From: Actinomycetota bacterium
GTDB lineage: Bacteria > Actinomycetota > Thermoleophilia > Gaiellales > F1-60-MAGs149
Direction of reading: 5' to 3'
DNA: 64,000 nt
NCBI GenBank assembly: GCA_009885805.1
Contig: VFJZ01000050.1
Coordinates: forward strand, 1,471-65,470
Positions 56,224 through 64,000 of this stretch are shown here, one piece after another. Position 1 is the stretch's first letter. Every line of letters starts with the position of its first letter. The notes below the pieces were generated by a model. It was not told the DNA's origin, made no database searches, and was given only the letters and a program-made list of their open reading frames with translations. The position numbers were made by a program, and so were the translations under genes.

Positions 56224-58275
56224 TCATGCCAGGACGACGCGAGCATCCAGTGCGACGGCACCTGCTTCATCTACGCGTAACGGATTGACCTCGACCTCGT
56301 CCAGATCGGGACGGCCGACGAGGATATCGCCGAGGGCGCAGGCCACCCGCGCCGCCGTGGCGACGTCGACCGGCGCCGCGCCGCGCGCGCCCGCCAGGAG
56401 CGGCCAGGCGCGCAGGGTTCGGAGGAGGGCGGCGACGTGCTGCTCGCCCGCCGGTGCCAGCGCCATCGCGACGTCGTCGAGGACCTCGACGAAGATCCCG
56501 CCGACGCCGACGAGAATGACGGGACCGAAGGTCGGATCGCGACGTGCACCGACGACGAGATCGACGCCGCCGGCCGCCGCCATCCGCTCGACGAAGATGC
56601 CGTCGAGGGGCAGCCCGACGCGCGCCCGCATCGCTGCCGCCGTAGCCGCTGCGGCGGCCGGCTCGACGCCAAGCGCGACCCCGCCGGCATCGGACTTGTG
56701 GAGGAGAGCGGCGGCGACGGCCTTCAGCGCGACCGGACCGCCGAGCGAGTACGCGATCCGCTCGGCCCCGGCGTCGTCGGCGGCGAGGTCGCCGTCCGCG
56801 AACCGGACGCCGGCCGCTGCCAGCAGGGCGCGCGCCTCCGGATACGTGGCACGACCGATCGCCGTCGCGGGCGCGGGACGGGCGACGCCGCGCGGTGCCG
56901 GGACTCGCGCGACGAGCGCGCCGAGTCCGCTGACCGCGTTCTCGATCCGGCCGTAGGTCGGCACGCCCTGCTGGTCGAGCGCCGCGATTGCCGGCGGCCG
57001 CGAAGGCACCTGCATCGAGTGGACGAGGATCGGCTTGCCCGTCGTTGCGCGCACTGCGACGAGCCGATCGACCACCTCGAGCTCCTGCGCGGCCGCCTCC
57101 TCGGTGTAGCCCGCGTAGCCGCCGAAGTAGCCCGTGAACAGCACCGCCTCGATCGCCGGGTCGGCGGCGAGCGCCTCCGCGATGCGCGCGAACGAACGGA
57201 TGTCGGACTCCCCCGCCCCCGCCAGGTCGACCGGGTTCGCTGCCGTCGTCAAGGGCAGGTCCGGCTGGATGCGGGCGAGCGTCGCCGGGGCGAGCGGCGG
57301 CGTGGCGAGACCGGCCGCGGCGACGAGGTCGGCCGCGAGGACGCCGTGGCCGCCGCCGTCCGCGAGAATCGCGACGCCTCGTGTCTGCAGGCGCCGCCCG
57401 CCGCCGAGGAGGGCGCGCGCGCAATCGAGCAGGTCGCCCGGCGAGTCGACGAGGATGCCGCCGGCATCCCGGAGCGCCGCCGCGAACACGCGCGACGAGC
57501 CCGCGAGCGAGCCCGTGTGCGACAGCGCTGCGCGGGCGCCAGCGTCGCTGCGTCCCGCCTTGATCACGAGCGGCGGCTTGCCGGCCTCGGCGCAGGCCCG
57601 AACGGCGTCGACGAACGCGCCGCCATCGCGCGGGTCCTCGACGTAGGCGGCGACGACTCGCGTCGGCTCGTGGGCGGCCAGCGACGAGAGGATCTCCGGG
57701 ACGGTCAGGTCGGCCTGGTTGCCGACGGACGCGAAGCGGGCGAAGCCCTGGCCGGCAGCACGGAGCATCAGGCCAACCTCGAGCGCGAGGTTGCCGGACT
57801 GCGAGACGAACGAGACGGCGCCGGTCGGCTGCTCGCCGCCCGTCGCGTTCAGTCCCGCGTGCGTGTCGAGCAGGCCGAGGCAGTTGGGGCCGAGCAGCAG
57901 CATCCCTGCCGCCCGGGCGCGGGTGACGAGTCGGTCCTGCAGCGCCAGGCCCTCGTCGCCGACCTCGCCGAAGCCCGCGGCGATGACGGCGACGGCGCGC
58001 ACGCCGATCGCGGCCGCGTCCTCCACTGCCCGTTCGACCGACGCGGCCGGAATCGCCAGGATCGCCAGCTCCGGCACCTCGTCCAGGTCGCGCAGCGACG
58101 GCACCGCGCGCTGGCCCTGCACGTCGCCGCCGCGCCGCGACACCATCTGGATCGGCGGATGGCCCGGCTGCGCGAGCAGCGAGATCGCGAACCAGCCACC
58201 CCACTTCATGCGGTCGTTCGAGGCGCCAACCAGCGCGACGCTCCGCGGCTCGAACAGCGGCGTCAGGTCCCTCAC
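56224..58275 (-). CDS. ADP-forming (NDP-forming) acyl-CoA synthetase, fused alpha-beta type
   Basis: 683 aa. CoA-binding N-terminus (PRSVALVGAS), phosphohistidine loop LSHTGSLAG and a C-terminal ATP-grasp domain. Confidence 0.85.
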   Translation of the reverse strand: MRDLTPLFEPRSVALVGASNDRMKWGGWFAISLLAQPGHPPIQMVSRRGGDVQGQRAVPSLRDLDEVPELAILAIPAASVERAVEDAAAIGVRAVAVIAAGFGEVGDEGLALQDRLVTRARAAGMLLLGPNCLGLLDTHAGLNATGGEQPTGAVSFVSQSGNLALEVGLMLRAAGQGFARFASVGNQADLTVPEILSSLAAHEPTRVVAAYVEDPRDGGAFVDAVRACAEAGKPPLVIKAGRSDAGARAALSHTGSLAGSSRVFAAALRDAGGILVDSPGDLLDCARALLGGGRRLQTRGVAILADGGGHGVLAADLVAAAGLATPPLAPATLARIQPDLPLTTAANPVDLAGAGESDIRSFARIAEALAADPAIEAVLFTGYFGGYAGYTEEAAAQELEVVDRLVAVRATTGKPILVHSMQVPSRPPAIAALDQQGVPTYGRIENAVSGLGALVARVPAPRGVARPAPATAIGRATYPEARALLAAAGVRFADGDLAADDAGAERIAYSLGGPVALKAVAAALLHKSDAGGVALGVEPAAAAATAAAMRARVGLPLDGIFVERMAAAGGVDLVVGARRDPTFGPVILVGVGGIFVEVLDDVAMALAPAGEQHVAALLRTLRAWPLLAGARGAAPVDVATAARVACALGDILVGRPDLDEVEVNPLRVDEAGAVALDARVVLA

Positions 58276-59441
58276 TGCAGCATGCGGCCGACGCCGCGCT
58301 TCTCGAGGCCGCGCGCCACGATCAGCCGCTGGATCTCCGACGTCCCCTCCCAGATGCGATCGACCCGCAGCTCGCGGAGAAAGCGCTCGGCGACGTTCGT
58401 CCGCATGTAGCCGCGGCCGCCGAACGCCTGCACGCAGCGGTCGGCGCAGCGGCAGGCAGACTCGGAGGCGAACAGCTTCGCCATCGCCGCCTTGGCGTGC
58501 ACCAGCTTGGCGTCGGCGCCGTCGTCGGCGAGCTGCGCGCAGTGGAACGTCAGCAGGCGGCCGGCGGCGGCGTCGGCGGCCGAGTCGGCGAGCGGGAAGG
58601 AGACGCCCTGGTGGTCGTGGATGCGCCGACCGCCCTGGTGACGGGAGAGCGTCCAGGCGACCGTCTCCTCCAGCAGGCGCCGCATCGCACCGACGCAGCG
58701 CGCGGCGATGTGGATGCGCTCCTCGACGAACCAGAGGTTCTGCAGTTCCGCGCCGCGCCCGATCATCGCCTCGCCGCCGAGGACGGCGTCGGCCGGCACC
58801 TCGACGTCGAACGTCATCGTCGGGTGCCCGTGCAGGTAGGTGTGCGTGAACGGCGGATCGTCGATGAACTCGATACCTTCGAGGTCACGGTCGACGAGGA
58901 ACAGCGTCGGCAGGCGGGCGGCGCCGTCGACGACGTTCACCATCACGATGTAGTAGTCGGCGACGTCGCCCGAGGTCACGAACCACTTCTCCGCGACGAG
59001 GCGGAAACCGTCGGCGGTGCGGATGGCCGTACCGGCGATGCCGTTCGGGTCCGACCCCGCCTCGCGCTCGGTCACCGCGTAGGCGTCGGCGCGCTCGCCG
59101 CGCAGGGTCGGCAGCAGGTACCGCTCGATCTGTGCCGGCGTGCCGAGGCCGAGCACGTTGTAGGCACCGACACCCGCCCACCAGACGGCGTTCGTGTTGC
59201 GGCCGAGCTCCTCGTGGACGACGACCTGCTCGACCATCGACAGCTCCGCGCCGCCGTGCTCGCGGCGGTGCCCGGCGCCGACGATGCCGGCGGCGAACGC
59301 GCCGGCGCGGACGCGCTGCAGATCGTCCTCGGCCAGACCGTGCAGCTCCGCCTTGACCTCGAGCGGGATCAGGATGTCGTCGACGTAGCTGGCAACGCGG
59401 CGGCGCAGGTCGTCCTGTGCGGCGGTGAGCGTGAAGTCCAC
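58272..59441 (-). CDS. acyl-CoA dehydrogenase
   Basis: 389 aa with the C-terminal RIWEGTSEIQRLIVARGL. Confidence 0.9.
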   Translation of the reverse strand: MDFTLTAAQDDLRRRVASYVDDILIPLEVKAELHGLAEDDLQRVRAGAFAAGIVGAGHRREHGGAELSMVEQVVVHEELGRNTNAVWWAGVGAYNVLGLGTPAQIERYLLPTLRGERADAYAVTEREAGSDPNGIAGTAIRTADGFRLVAEKWFVTSGDVADYYIVMVNVVDGAARLPTLFLVDRDLEGIEFIDDPPFTHTYLHGHPTMTFDVEVPADAVLGGEAMIGRGAELQNLWFVEERIHIAARCVGAMRRLLEETVAWTLSRHQGGRRIHDHQGVSFPLADSAADAAAGRLLTFHCAQLADDGADAKLVHAKAAMAKLFASESACRCADRCVQAFGGRGYMRTNVAERFLRELRVDRIWEGTSEIQRLIVARGLEKRGVGRMLQ

Positions 59442-59444
59442 CGG

Positions 59445-60284
59445 TTACCCCTCCAGCCCGAGCGCGCCGAGGACCTCGCCGTAGCGGCGGTCGCGCCAGG
59501 CGAGCCCGGCCTTGAGACCGTCGGCGCGGACGATACGGTCGAACTCCTCCTGCTCCGGCGTGCCGGCCGCGTTGAGGACGGCCGACAGGTCGAGGTTCGC
59601 CTCGACCGCCTCCGCCAGCCCCATGCAGAGATAGGCGCGGTTCAGCGCCATCTTCGTCAGCTTCAGGACCGCCAGCGGCGTCGGCGCGATCCGGGCGACG
59701 AGACGCGACGCCTCGGCCTCGAGCTCGTCGGCCGGCACGATCCGGTTGACGAGGCCGGCTCGCAGCGCGGTCTCGGCATCGATCGTGTCACCGGTCAGCA
59801 GCAGCTCACGCGTGAGGCGCTGACCGAGGACGTACGGCATCAGCAGCGTCACCGGCCCGGACCCGTAGCGGATCTCCGGTTCGCCGAAGCGCGCATCCGG
59901 CGTGCAGAGCAGGATGTCCGCCGCCATCGCCGTCTCGAGGCCACCGGCGAGGCACCAGCCCCGGACGAGGCAGATGGTGGGCTTCGGCAGACGCCAGAGC
60001 TGCATCGTCACGTCGACGTCGTCGGCCAGTTCCCGGCGCCACTGCTCGGCCGTACCGAGATCGCCCTGGGCCTCCTCGGAGAGGTCGTAGCCGGCGGAGA
60101 ACGCGCGCCCCGCGCCGGTCAGGACGACGACGCGGACCTCGTCGTCAGCCTCGGCGCGCGTCAGCGCCGCCGCGAGGGCGTCGCGCAGGGCGTGGGACAG
60201 CGCATTGAGCTTGTCCGGACGGTTCAGGGTGATCCAGGCAGACGGCCCGCGTCGCTCGTACAGCAGAACGTCGGTCGAGGTCAT
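59445..60284 (-). CDS. enoyl-CoA hydratase/isomerase family protein
   Basis: Internal ATG (ATGA overlap with the upstream stop) giving MTSTDVLLYERRGPSAWITLNRP...LTGAGRAFSAGYDL. Confidence 0.9.
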   Translation of the reverse strand: MTSTDVLLYERRGPSAWITLNRPDKLNALSHALRDALAAALTRAEADDEVRVVVLTGAGRAFSAGYDLSEEAQGDLGTAEQWRRELADDVDVTMQLWRLPKPTICLVRGWCLAGGLETAMAADILLCTPDARFGEPEIRYGSGPVTLLMPYVLGQRLTRELLLTGDTIDAETALRAGLVNRIVPADELEAEASRLVARIAPTPLAVLKLTKMALNRAYLCMGLAEAVEANLDLSAVLNAAGTPEQEEFDRIVRADGLKAGLAWRDRRYGEVLGALGLEG

Positions 60285-62305
60285 GGCTTGGCTCCTTGTC
60301 GCACGACGAGCGCATCGAGGGCGACGGCGTCGCCGCCGCTGACGCGCAGGGGGTTGATGTCGATCTCGTGGATGGAGGGGTCGGCGACGGCGGCGTCGCC
60401 GAGCACGACGAGGACGTTCGCGACGGCCGCGATGCCGCGATCGTCGAGGCGGCCGGCGACGCAGGCGACGTCCCGGACGAGGGCCTCGGCCTCGGCGCCC
60501 GACAGCGGCGCCAGCGCGGTGCGCGCAGCGTCCGCCAGCGGCTCCGCCCAGCCACCGCCGACGCCGACCACCACCATCGGCCCGAAGTCGGGATCGCGGA
60601 CGAGGCCGCACAGCACCTCGACGCCGCCGCGGATCTCCTCGCAGACGATCACGGGCCCCATCCGCGCCGCAGCGGCACGCGCGGCCGCCGCGTCGACGAT
60701 CCCGAGCGCGACGCCGCCGACCCGCTCCTTGTGCGCCGGCCCGTCGGCCTTGATCACGACCGGGAAGCCGATGCGCACGGCAGCCGCAGCGGCCTCGTCC
60801 GGCGTCGCGGCGCGCTCCTCGCGTGGTCCGGCCAGTCCCAGCAACCGGCGCGAGTCGTACTCGGGCAACGCGACGAGGTCGCCTGACGCGGCCGGTCGGG
60901 GCGGCGGTGCCGTGCGATCGTCGGGCAGACGGGGCCGCCACGCGGCCGCCGCGGCGAGGGCTCTGAAGGCGGGGCCGTGCCCCTTCAGGAAGGGGACGCC
61001 GGCCGCGGCGCAGGTGTCGAGCACGCCCTCCGAGGCGTCGGCGGTGCTCGTCGACAGCAGGACGACGAACGCGTCGTGGTCGCGCGCCGCGGCGGTCGCG
61101 ACGGCGGCCGCGAGGATGCCGCTGTCGTGCTCGTAGAGCTCGAACCGCAACGACTGGTCGATGTTGAGCAGGACGCCGTCGATGGCAGGGTGCACCGCGG
61201 CGGCCTCCACCACCGCCGGGAGGATCAGCGGCTGGTCGGCGACGGCGTAGTAGTCGATCGGGTTGGCGACGCCGTGGAAGTCCCAGTCGCTGTCAAGCTG
61301 GGCGGCGAGGTCGTCGGGCAGCGCCTGCAGCGGGACGCCGGCGCGCTCGGCCGCATCGGCGGCGTGCTCGCCCTCCCCACCCGAGTTCGTCACCACGACG
61401 AGCCGCGGCCCGCGCAGGCGGCGGCCCCTGCCGAACAACTCCAGGGCCTCGACCCAGTCGCCGTAGTCGGCGCTGCGCACGACGCCGTAGGCACGGCAGA
61501 GGGCGTCGAACGCCCGATCGGAGCCGGCGATCGCGCCGGAGTGCGCGAGCGCTCGTTCCGCTCCGACCTGGCTCGTCCCAACCTTGACGGCGATCACCGG
61601 CTTGGCGGCCTCGGCGGCGACGCGCAGGGCGGTCTCGAACGCATCGGGTCGACGCACGGTCTCCAGCATCAGCCCGATCACGGCCGTCGCCGGGTCACCG
61701 GCGTAGAACGCCAGCCAGTCGGCCGCGTCACGCACGATTTCATTGCCGCTGGAGACCAGGCCGCGGATGCCCACGCGCGGCCCCATCGCGATCAGGGCCT
61801 CGCCGAACGACCCGGACTGCACCAGCACCCCGACACGCCCCGGGCGCACGGAACGCAGCACCGTGCCGATCCAGGCCGAGGCGCCGCCCGGGCGAGCGAC
61901 GCCCATGCAGTTCGGTCCGACCATCGCCGCGCCGTACTCGTCGCACAGCTCGGCGAGCCGCGCGCGGGCGTCGGCGCCGGCGGGGCCGGTCTCCGGTCCC
62001 AGCCCGGGGACGACGAAGTGGCGGATGCCGTGCAGCAGGGCGTCGGCGACACCGGCGACGATTGTCCCGACGCCGAGCCCGACGCAGGCAAGATCCGGGA
62101 TCGTCGCCAGATCGGCCAGGGAGGGGACGACCGGCATGCCGTCGAGGTCGCGGATCGTCGGGTGCGTCCCGGTCACCCGACAGCCGCCCGCCGTCAGGTT
62201 CCGGGCGAACTGTCCCGCGACGTTGCTGCGCGGCGACGCGCCGAGCACCACCGCCGTGCGTGGCTCCAGGAAGGGCTCGAGGTCGAGCCGCAGCGGCGAC
62301 GTCAC
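60281..62305 (-). CDS. ADP-forming acyl-CoA synthetase, fused alpha-beta type (second copy)
   Basis: GTG start with a GTGA overlap onto the TetR gene stop. FLEPRTAVVLGAS and histidine loop LAHSGAIAG. 674 aa. Confidence 0.82.
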   Translation of the reverse strand: MTSPLRLDLEPFLEPRTAVVLGASPRSNVAGQFARNLTAGGCRVTGTHPTIRDLDGMPVVPSLADLATIPDLACVGLGVGTIVAGVADALLHGIRHFVVPGLGPETGPAGADARARLAELCDEYGAAMVGPNCMGVARPGGASAWIGTVLRSVRPGRVGVLVQSGSFGEALIAMGPRVGIRGLVSSGNEIVRDAADWLAFYAGDPATAVIGLMLETVRRPDAFETALRVAAEAAKPVIAVKVGTSQVGAERALAHSGAIAGSDRAFDALCRAYGVVRSADYGDWVEALELFGRGRRLRGPRLVVVTNSGGEGEHAADAAERAGVPLQALPDDLAAQLDSDWDFHGVANPIDYYAVADQPLILPAVVEAAAVHPAIDGVLLNIDQSLRFELYEHDSGILAAAVATAAARDHDAFVVLLSTSTADASEGVLDTCAAAGVPFLKGHGPAFRALAAAAAWRPRLPDDRTAPPPRPAASGDLVALPEYDSRRLLGLAGPREERAATPDEAAAAAVRIGFPVVIKADGPAHKERVGGVALGIVDAAAARAAAARMGPVIVCEEIRGGVEVLCGLVRDPDFGPMVVVGVGGGWAEPLADAARTALAPLSGAEAEALVRDVACVAGRLDDRGIAAVANVLVVLGDAAVADPSIHEIDINPLRVSGGDAVALDALVVRQGAKP

Positions 62306-62877
62306 AAGCCGAGCTCGATCGCCAGGGCGTCGCTGACCTGCGAGCGTGCCTCGTCGGTCGTGAGCATGGCCAGGACGTGCTGGGCGGCGAGACCGTCGAC
62401 GAGCGCCGCGAGGCGCAGCGCGGCACCCGGCACGTCGTCGGTGCTCGCCGTCCCCTCGGCGATGGCGGCGGCGATCGCACCCCGGACCTGCTCGAGCCAG
62501 GCCGCGTAGGACTCGGCGACCGCCCGCCGGAGGGGGTCGTCGAACACGGCCGCCGACCACATCTCGCGCCACAGCAGGGCGTTGCGGTGCACGAGCGGGT
62601 CGTCCTCCAGGTAGAAGGACAACAGGTGCCGGAGCCGGCCCGCGGCGGTGGAAATCTCGGCGAGGTCGGCGATGACGCGGCGATCGACCTGGTCGTCAGC
62701 GTGGATGAACGCACGGCACAGCAGATCGGAGCGGGTCGGCACGTAGTAATGCACCAGGGCCGTCGAGACCCCCGCGGTGCGGGCAACGTCGCTGACACGC
62801 AGGCGTTCACTGCCGCCCCGGGCGATCACATCGCAGGCGGCATCGAGGATCTCGGAGAGGCGTTCGCTCATGGTCAC
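62302..62877 (-). CDS. TetR/AcrR family transcriptional regulator
   Basis: 191 aa with the N-terminal HTH RVSDVARTAGVSTALVHYYVPTRSDLL. Confidence 0.92.
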   Translation of the reverse strand: MTMSERLSEILDAACDVIARGGSERLRVSDVARTAGVSTALVHYYVPTRSDLLCRAFIHADDQVDRRVIADLAEISTAAGRLRHLLSFYLEDDPLVHRNALLWREMWSAAVFDDPLRRAVAESYAAWLEQVRGAIAAAIAEGTASTDDVPGAALRLAALVDGLAAQHVLAMLTTDEARSQVSDALAIELGL

Positions 62878-62940
62878 GAGGCTGACTGACGGAACAGTTA
62901 AGGGGAGCGTACAGCAGCGCCCTCCGCTAGGGTCCGCCTC

Positions 62941-64000
62941 GTGTTCGACGCCGATCTCGACGCCGCGGCTCGCCGCTTCCTGGCCGCCGACGTCGCATCA
63001 TTCACGACACCCGGGCACGGGCGCAACCCCGAGGTGGCGGATGCGTTCCTGGCGCTCGACCTGCCACTCGCAACAGGCGTCGACGACCTGCGCGAAACCC
63101 AGGGGATCCTGCCGCAGGCCGAGACCCGCGCTGCGGCGGCGTGGGGCGCCGATCGCTGCCGCTTCGTCCTCAACGGCTCGACGCAGGGGAACCAGGCGAT
63201 GGTGCTCGGCGCGACCCGTCCGGGCGACACCGTGATCGTGTCGCGGACGGTGCACAAATCGCTGTTCGCCGCCCTCGTCCTCGGCGGACTGCAGCCGGTG
63301 TTCGTCCGGCCGGAACTCGATCCGGCGACCGGCCTTCCCGGCGGGATGGCACCGGAGCGGGTCGCCGCGGCGCTCGCCGGGGCGCCCGCCGCGACCGCCG
63401 TCATCCTCACCGAGCCCTCGTACGTCGGGGTCCTGTCCGACGTCGCCGCGATTGCGCGGCTCTGCCACGACCGCGGCGTGCCCCTGCTCGTCGACGGCGC
63501 CTGGGGCGCCCACCTCGGCTTCCACCCCGGCCTGCCGGCGCACGCCCTCGCCCAGGGCGCCGATGCCGTCGTCGTCTCGACCCACAAGACGCTCCCGGCG
63601 TTCACCCAGAGCGCACTGCTGCTCACCCGGGACGGCCTGCTCGACGCTCGCCGGATGGCGGACGCGTTCGAGTTGCTCCACACGACCAGTCCTGCCGCGG
63701 CGATCTACGCCTCGATCGATCGTGCGCGCGCGCTAATGGAGGAGCACGGGCGGTGCCTGCTCGACCGGACGCTCGCGCAGGCGAGTCGGCTGCGTGCCGC
63801 TCTGGACGCGATCGACGATGTCAAGCTGATCACGCCGGACGCGCCCGGCGTCGCCGCGCTCGATTCGACCAAGGTCGTGATCTGCCTCGACGGGGCGGGC
63901 GCCGACGGCTTTGCCGTCGAGGCCGACCTCGTCGCGGCCGGTGTCCACCTCGAGATGGCGGACCGCTCGCTGCTGCTGCCGCTGCTGCACGTCGGCGTCT
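62941..64000 (+). CDS. Orn/Lys/Arg decarboxylase-family PLP enzyme; the 3-prime end lies beyond the window
   Basis: Not in the ORF track because there is no stop in the window. My own translation from GTG at 62941 reads VFDADLDAAARRFLAADVASFTTPGHGRNPE...NGSTQGNQAMV...SRTVHKS...VVSTHKTLPAF (PLP lysine). Confidence 0.75.
   Translation, partial: MFDADLDAAARRFLAADVASFTTPGHGRNPEVADAFLALDLPLATGVDDLRETQGILPQAETRAAAAWGADRCRFVLNGSTQGNQAMVLGATRPGDTVIVSRTVHKSLFAALVLGGLQPVFVRPELDPATGLPGGMAPERVAAALAGAPAATAVILTEPSYVGVLSDVAAIARLCHDRGVPLLVDGAWGAHLGFHPGLPAHALAQGADAVVVSTHKTLPAFTQSALLLTRDGLLDARRMADAFELLHTTSPAAAIYASIDRARALMEEHGRCLLDRTLAQASRLRAALDAIDDVKLITPDAPGVAALDSTKVVICLDGAGADGFAVEADLVAAGVHLEMADRSLLLPLLHVGV

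Noticed and set aside
62878-62940. Search for a TetR operator palindrome in the TetR/decarboxylase divergent region
   Set aside because: I saw only a weak 7-nt aac-a-gtt palindrome. The 9-mer tgacggaac (62887..62895) also occurs at 50099..50107 upstream of the NicX-like operon, but a single shared 9-mer in 64 kb (both strands) is within chance expectation.

Overview
Very GC-rich bacterial chromosome segment (about 70% or more by eye, not computed; third codon positions are almost always G/C). The gene content points to Actinomycetota, possibly a deep-branching lineage (tentative): whiA, yvcK, the uvrC...gap-pgk neighbourhood, class II DAHP synthase, an ECF sigma/anti-sigma pair, a LigD-type primase-polymerase and fused secDF. 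I call 67 protein-coding genes, one tRNA-Leu(CAG) and several palindromic or inverted-repeat elements. Two of the genes are cut by the window edges and are missing from the ORF track: oxidase subunit I at 1..441 and a PLP decarboxylase at 62941..64000. Coding density is very high, and neighbouring genes are often joined by ATGA/GTGA 4-nt overlaps, which I used to choose internal start codons. Many long track ORFs are antisense shadow ORFs or over-extended N-termini. Housekeeping blocks: oxidase subunits II/I, relA, recJ-secDF-yajC-tgt, queA, ruvCAB, pgk-gap-whiA-yvcK-uvrC, bcp, DAHP synthase, a NarL-type two-component pair and glpX. Accessory or poorly understood blocks: a TadE/TadE/TadG-SLT module with a large secreted protein directly upstream of uvrC; an MGMT-like protein with the active-site Cys replaced by Tyr where rapZ normally sits; a NicX-like/NicD-like/ACAD-fold/OCD operon preceded by a 157-nt nested inverted repeat; a Rieske-less oxygenase alpha-subunit homologue; a methyltransferase-C45-twin-lipoprotein operon; and a TetR-linked operon with two ADP-forming acyl-CoA synthetases. 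I saw no rRNA, CRISPR, transposase, integrase or phage genes. Nothing here is an unambiguous new system. The best leads are the uvrC-coupled alkyltransferase-like gene, the structured leader plus NicX-like operon, and the palindrome-bounded gene that splits the conserved queA-tgt operon. All functional calls rest on motif and family recognition by eye. No database search was run.
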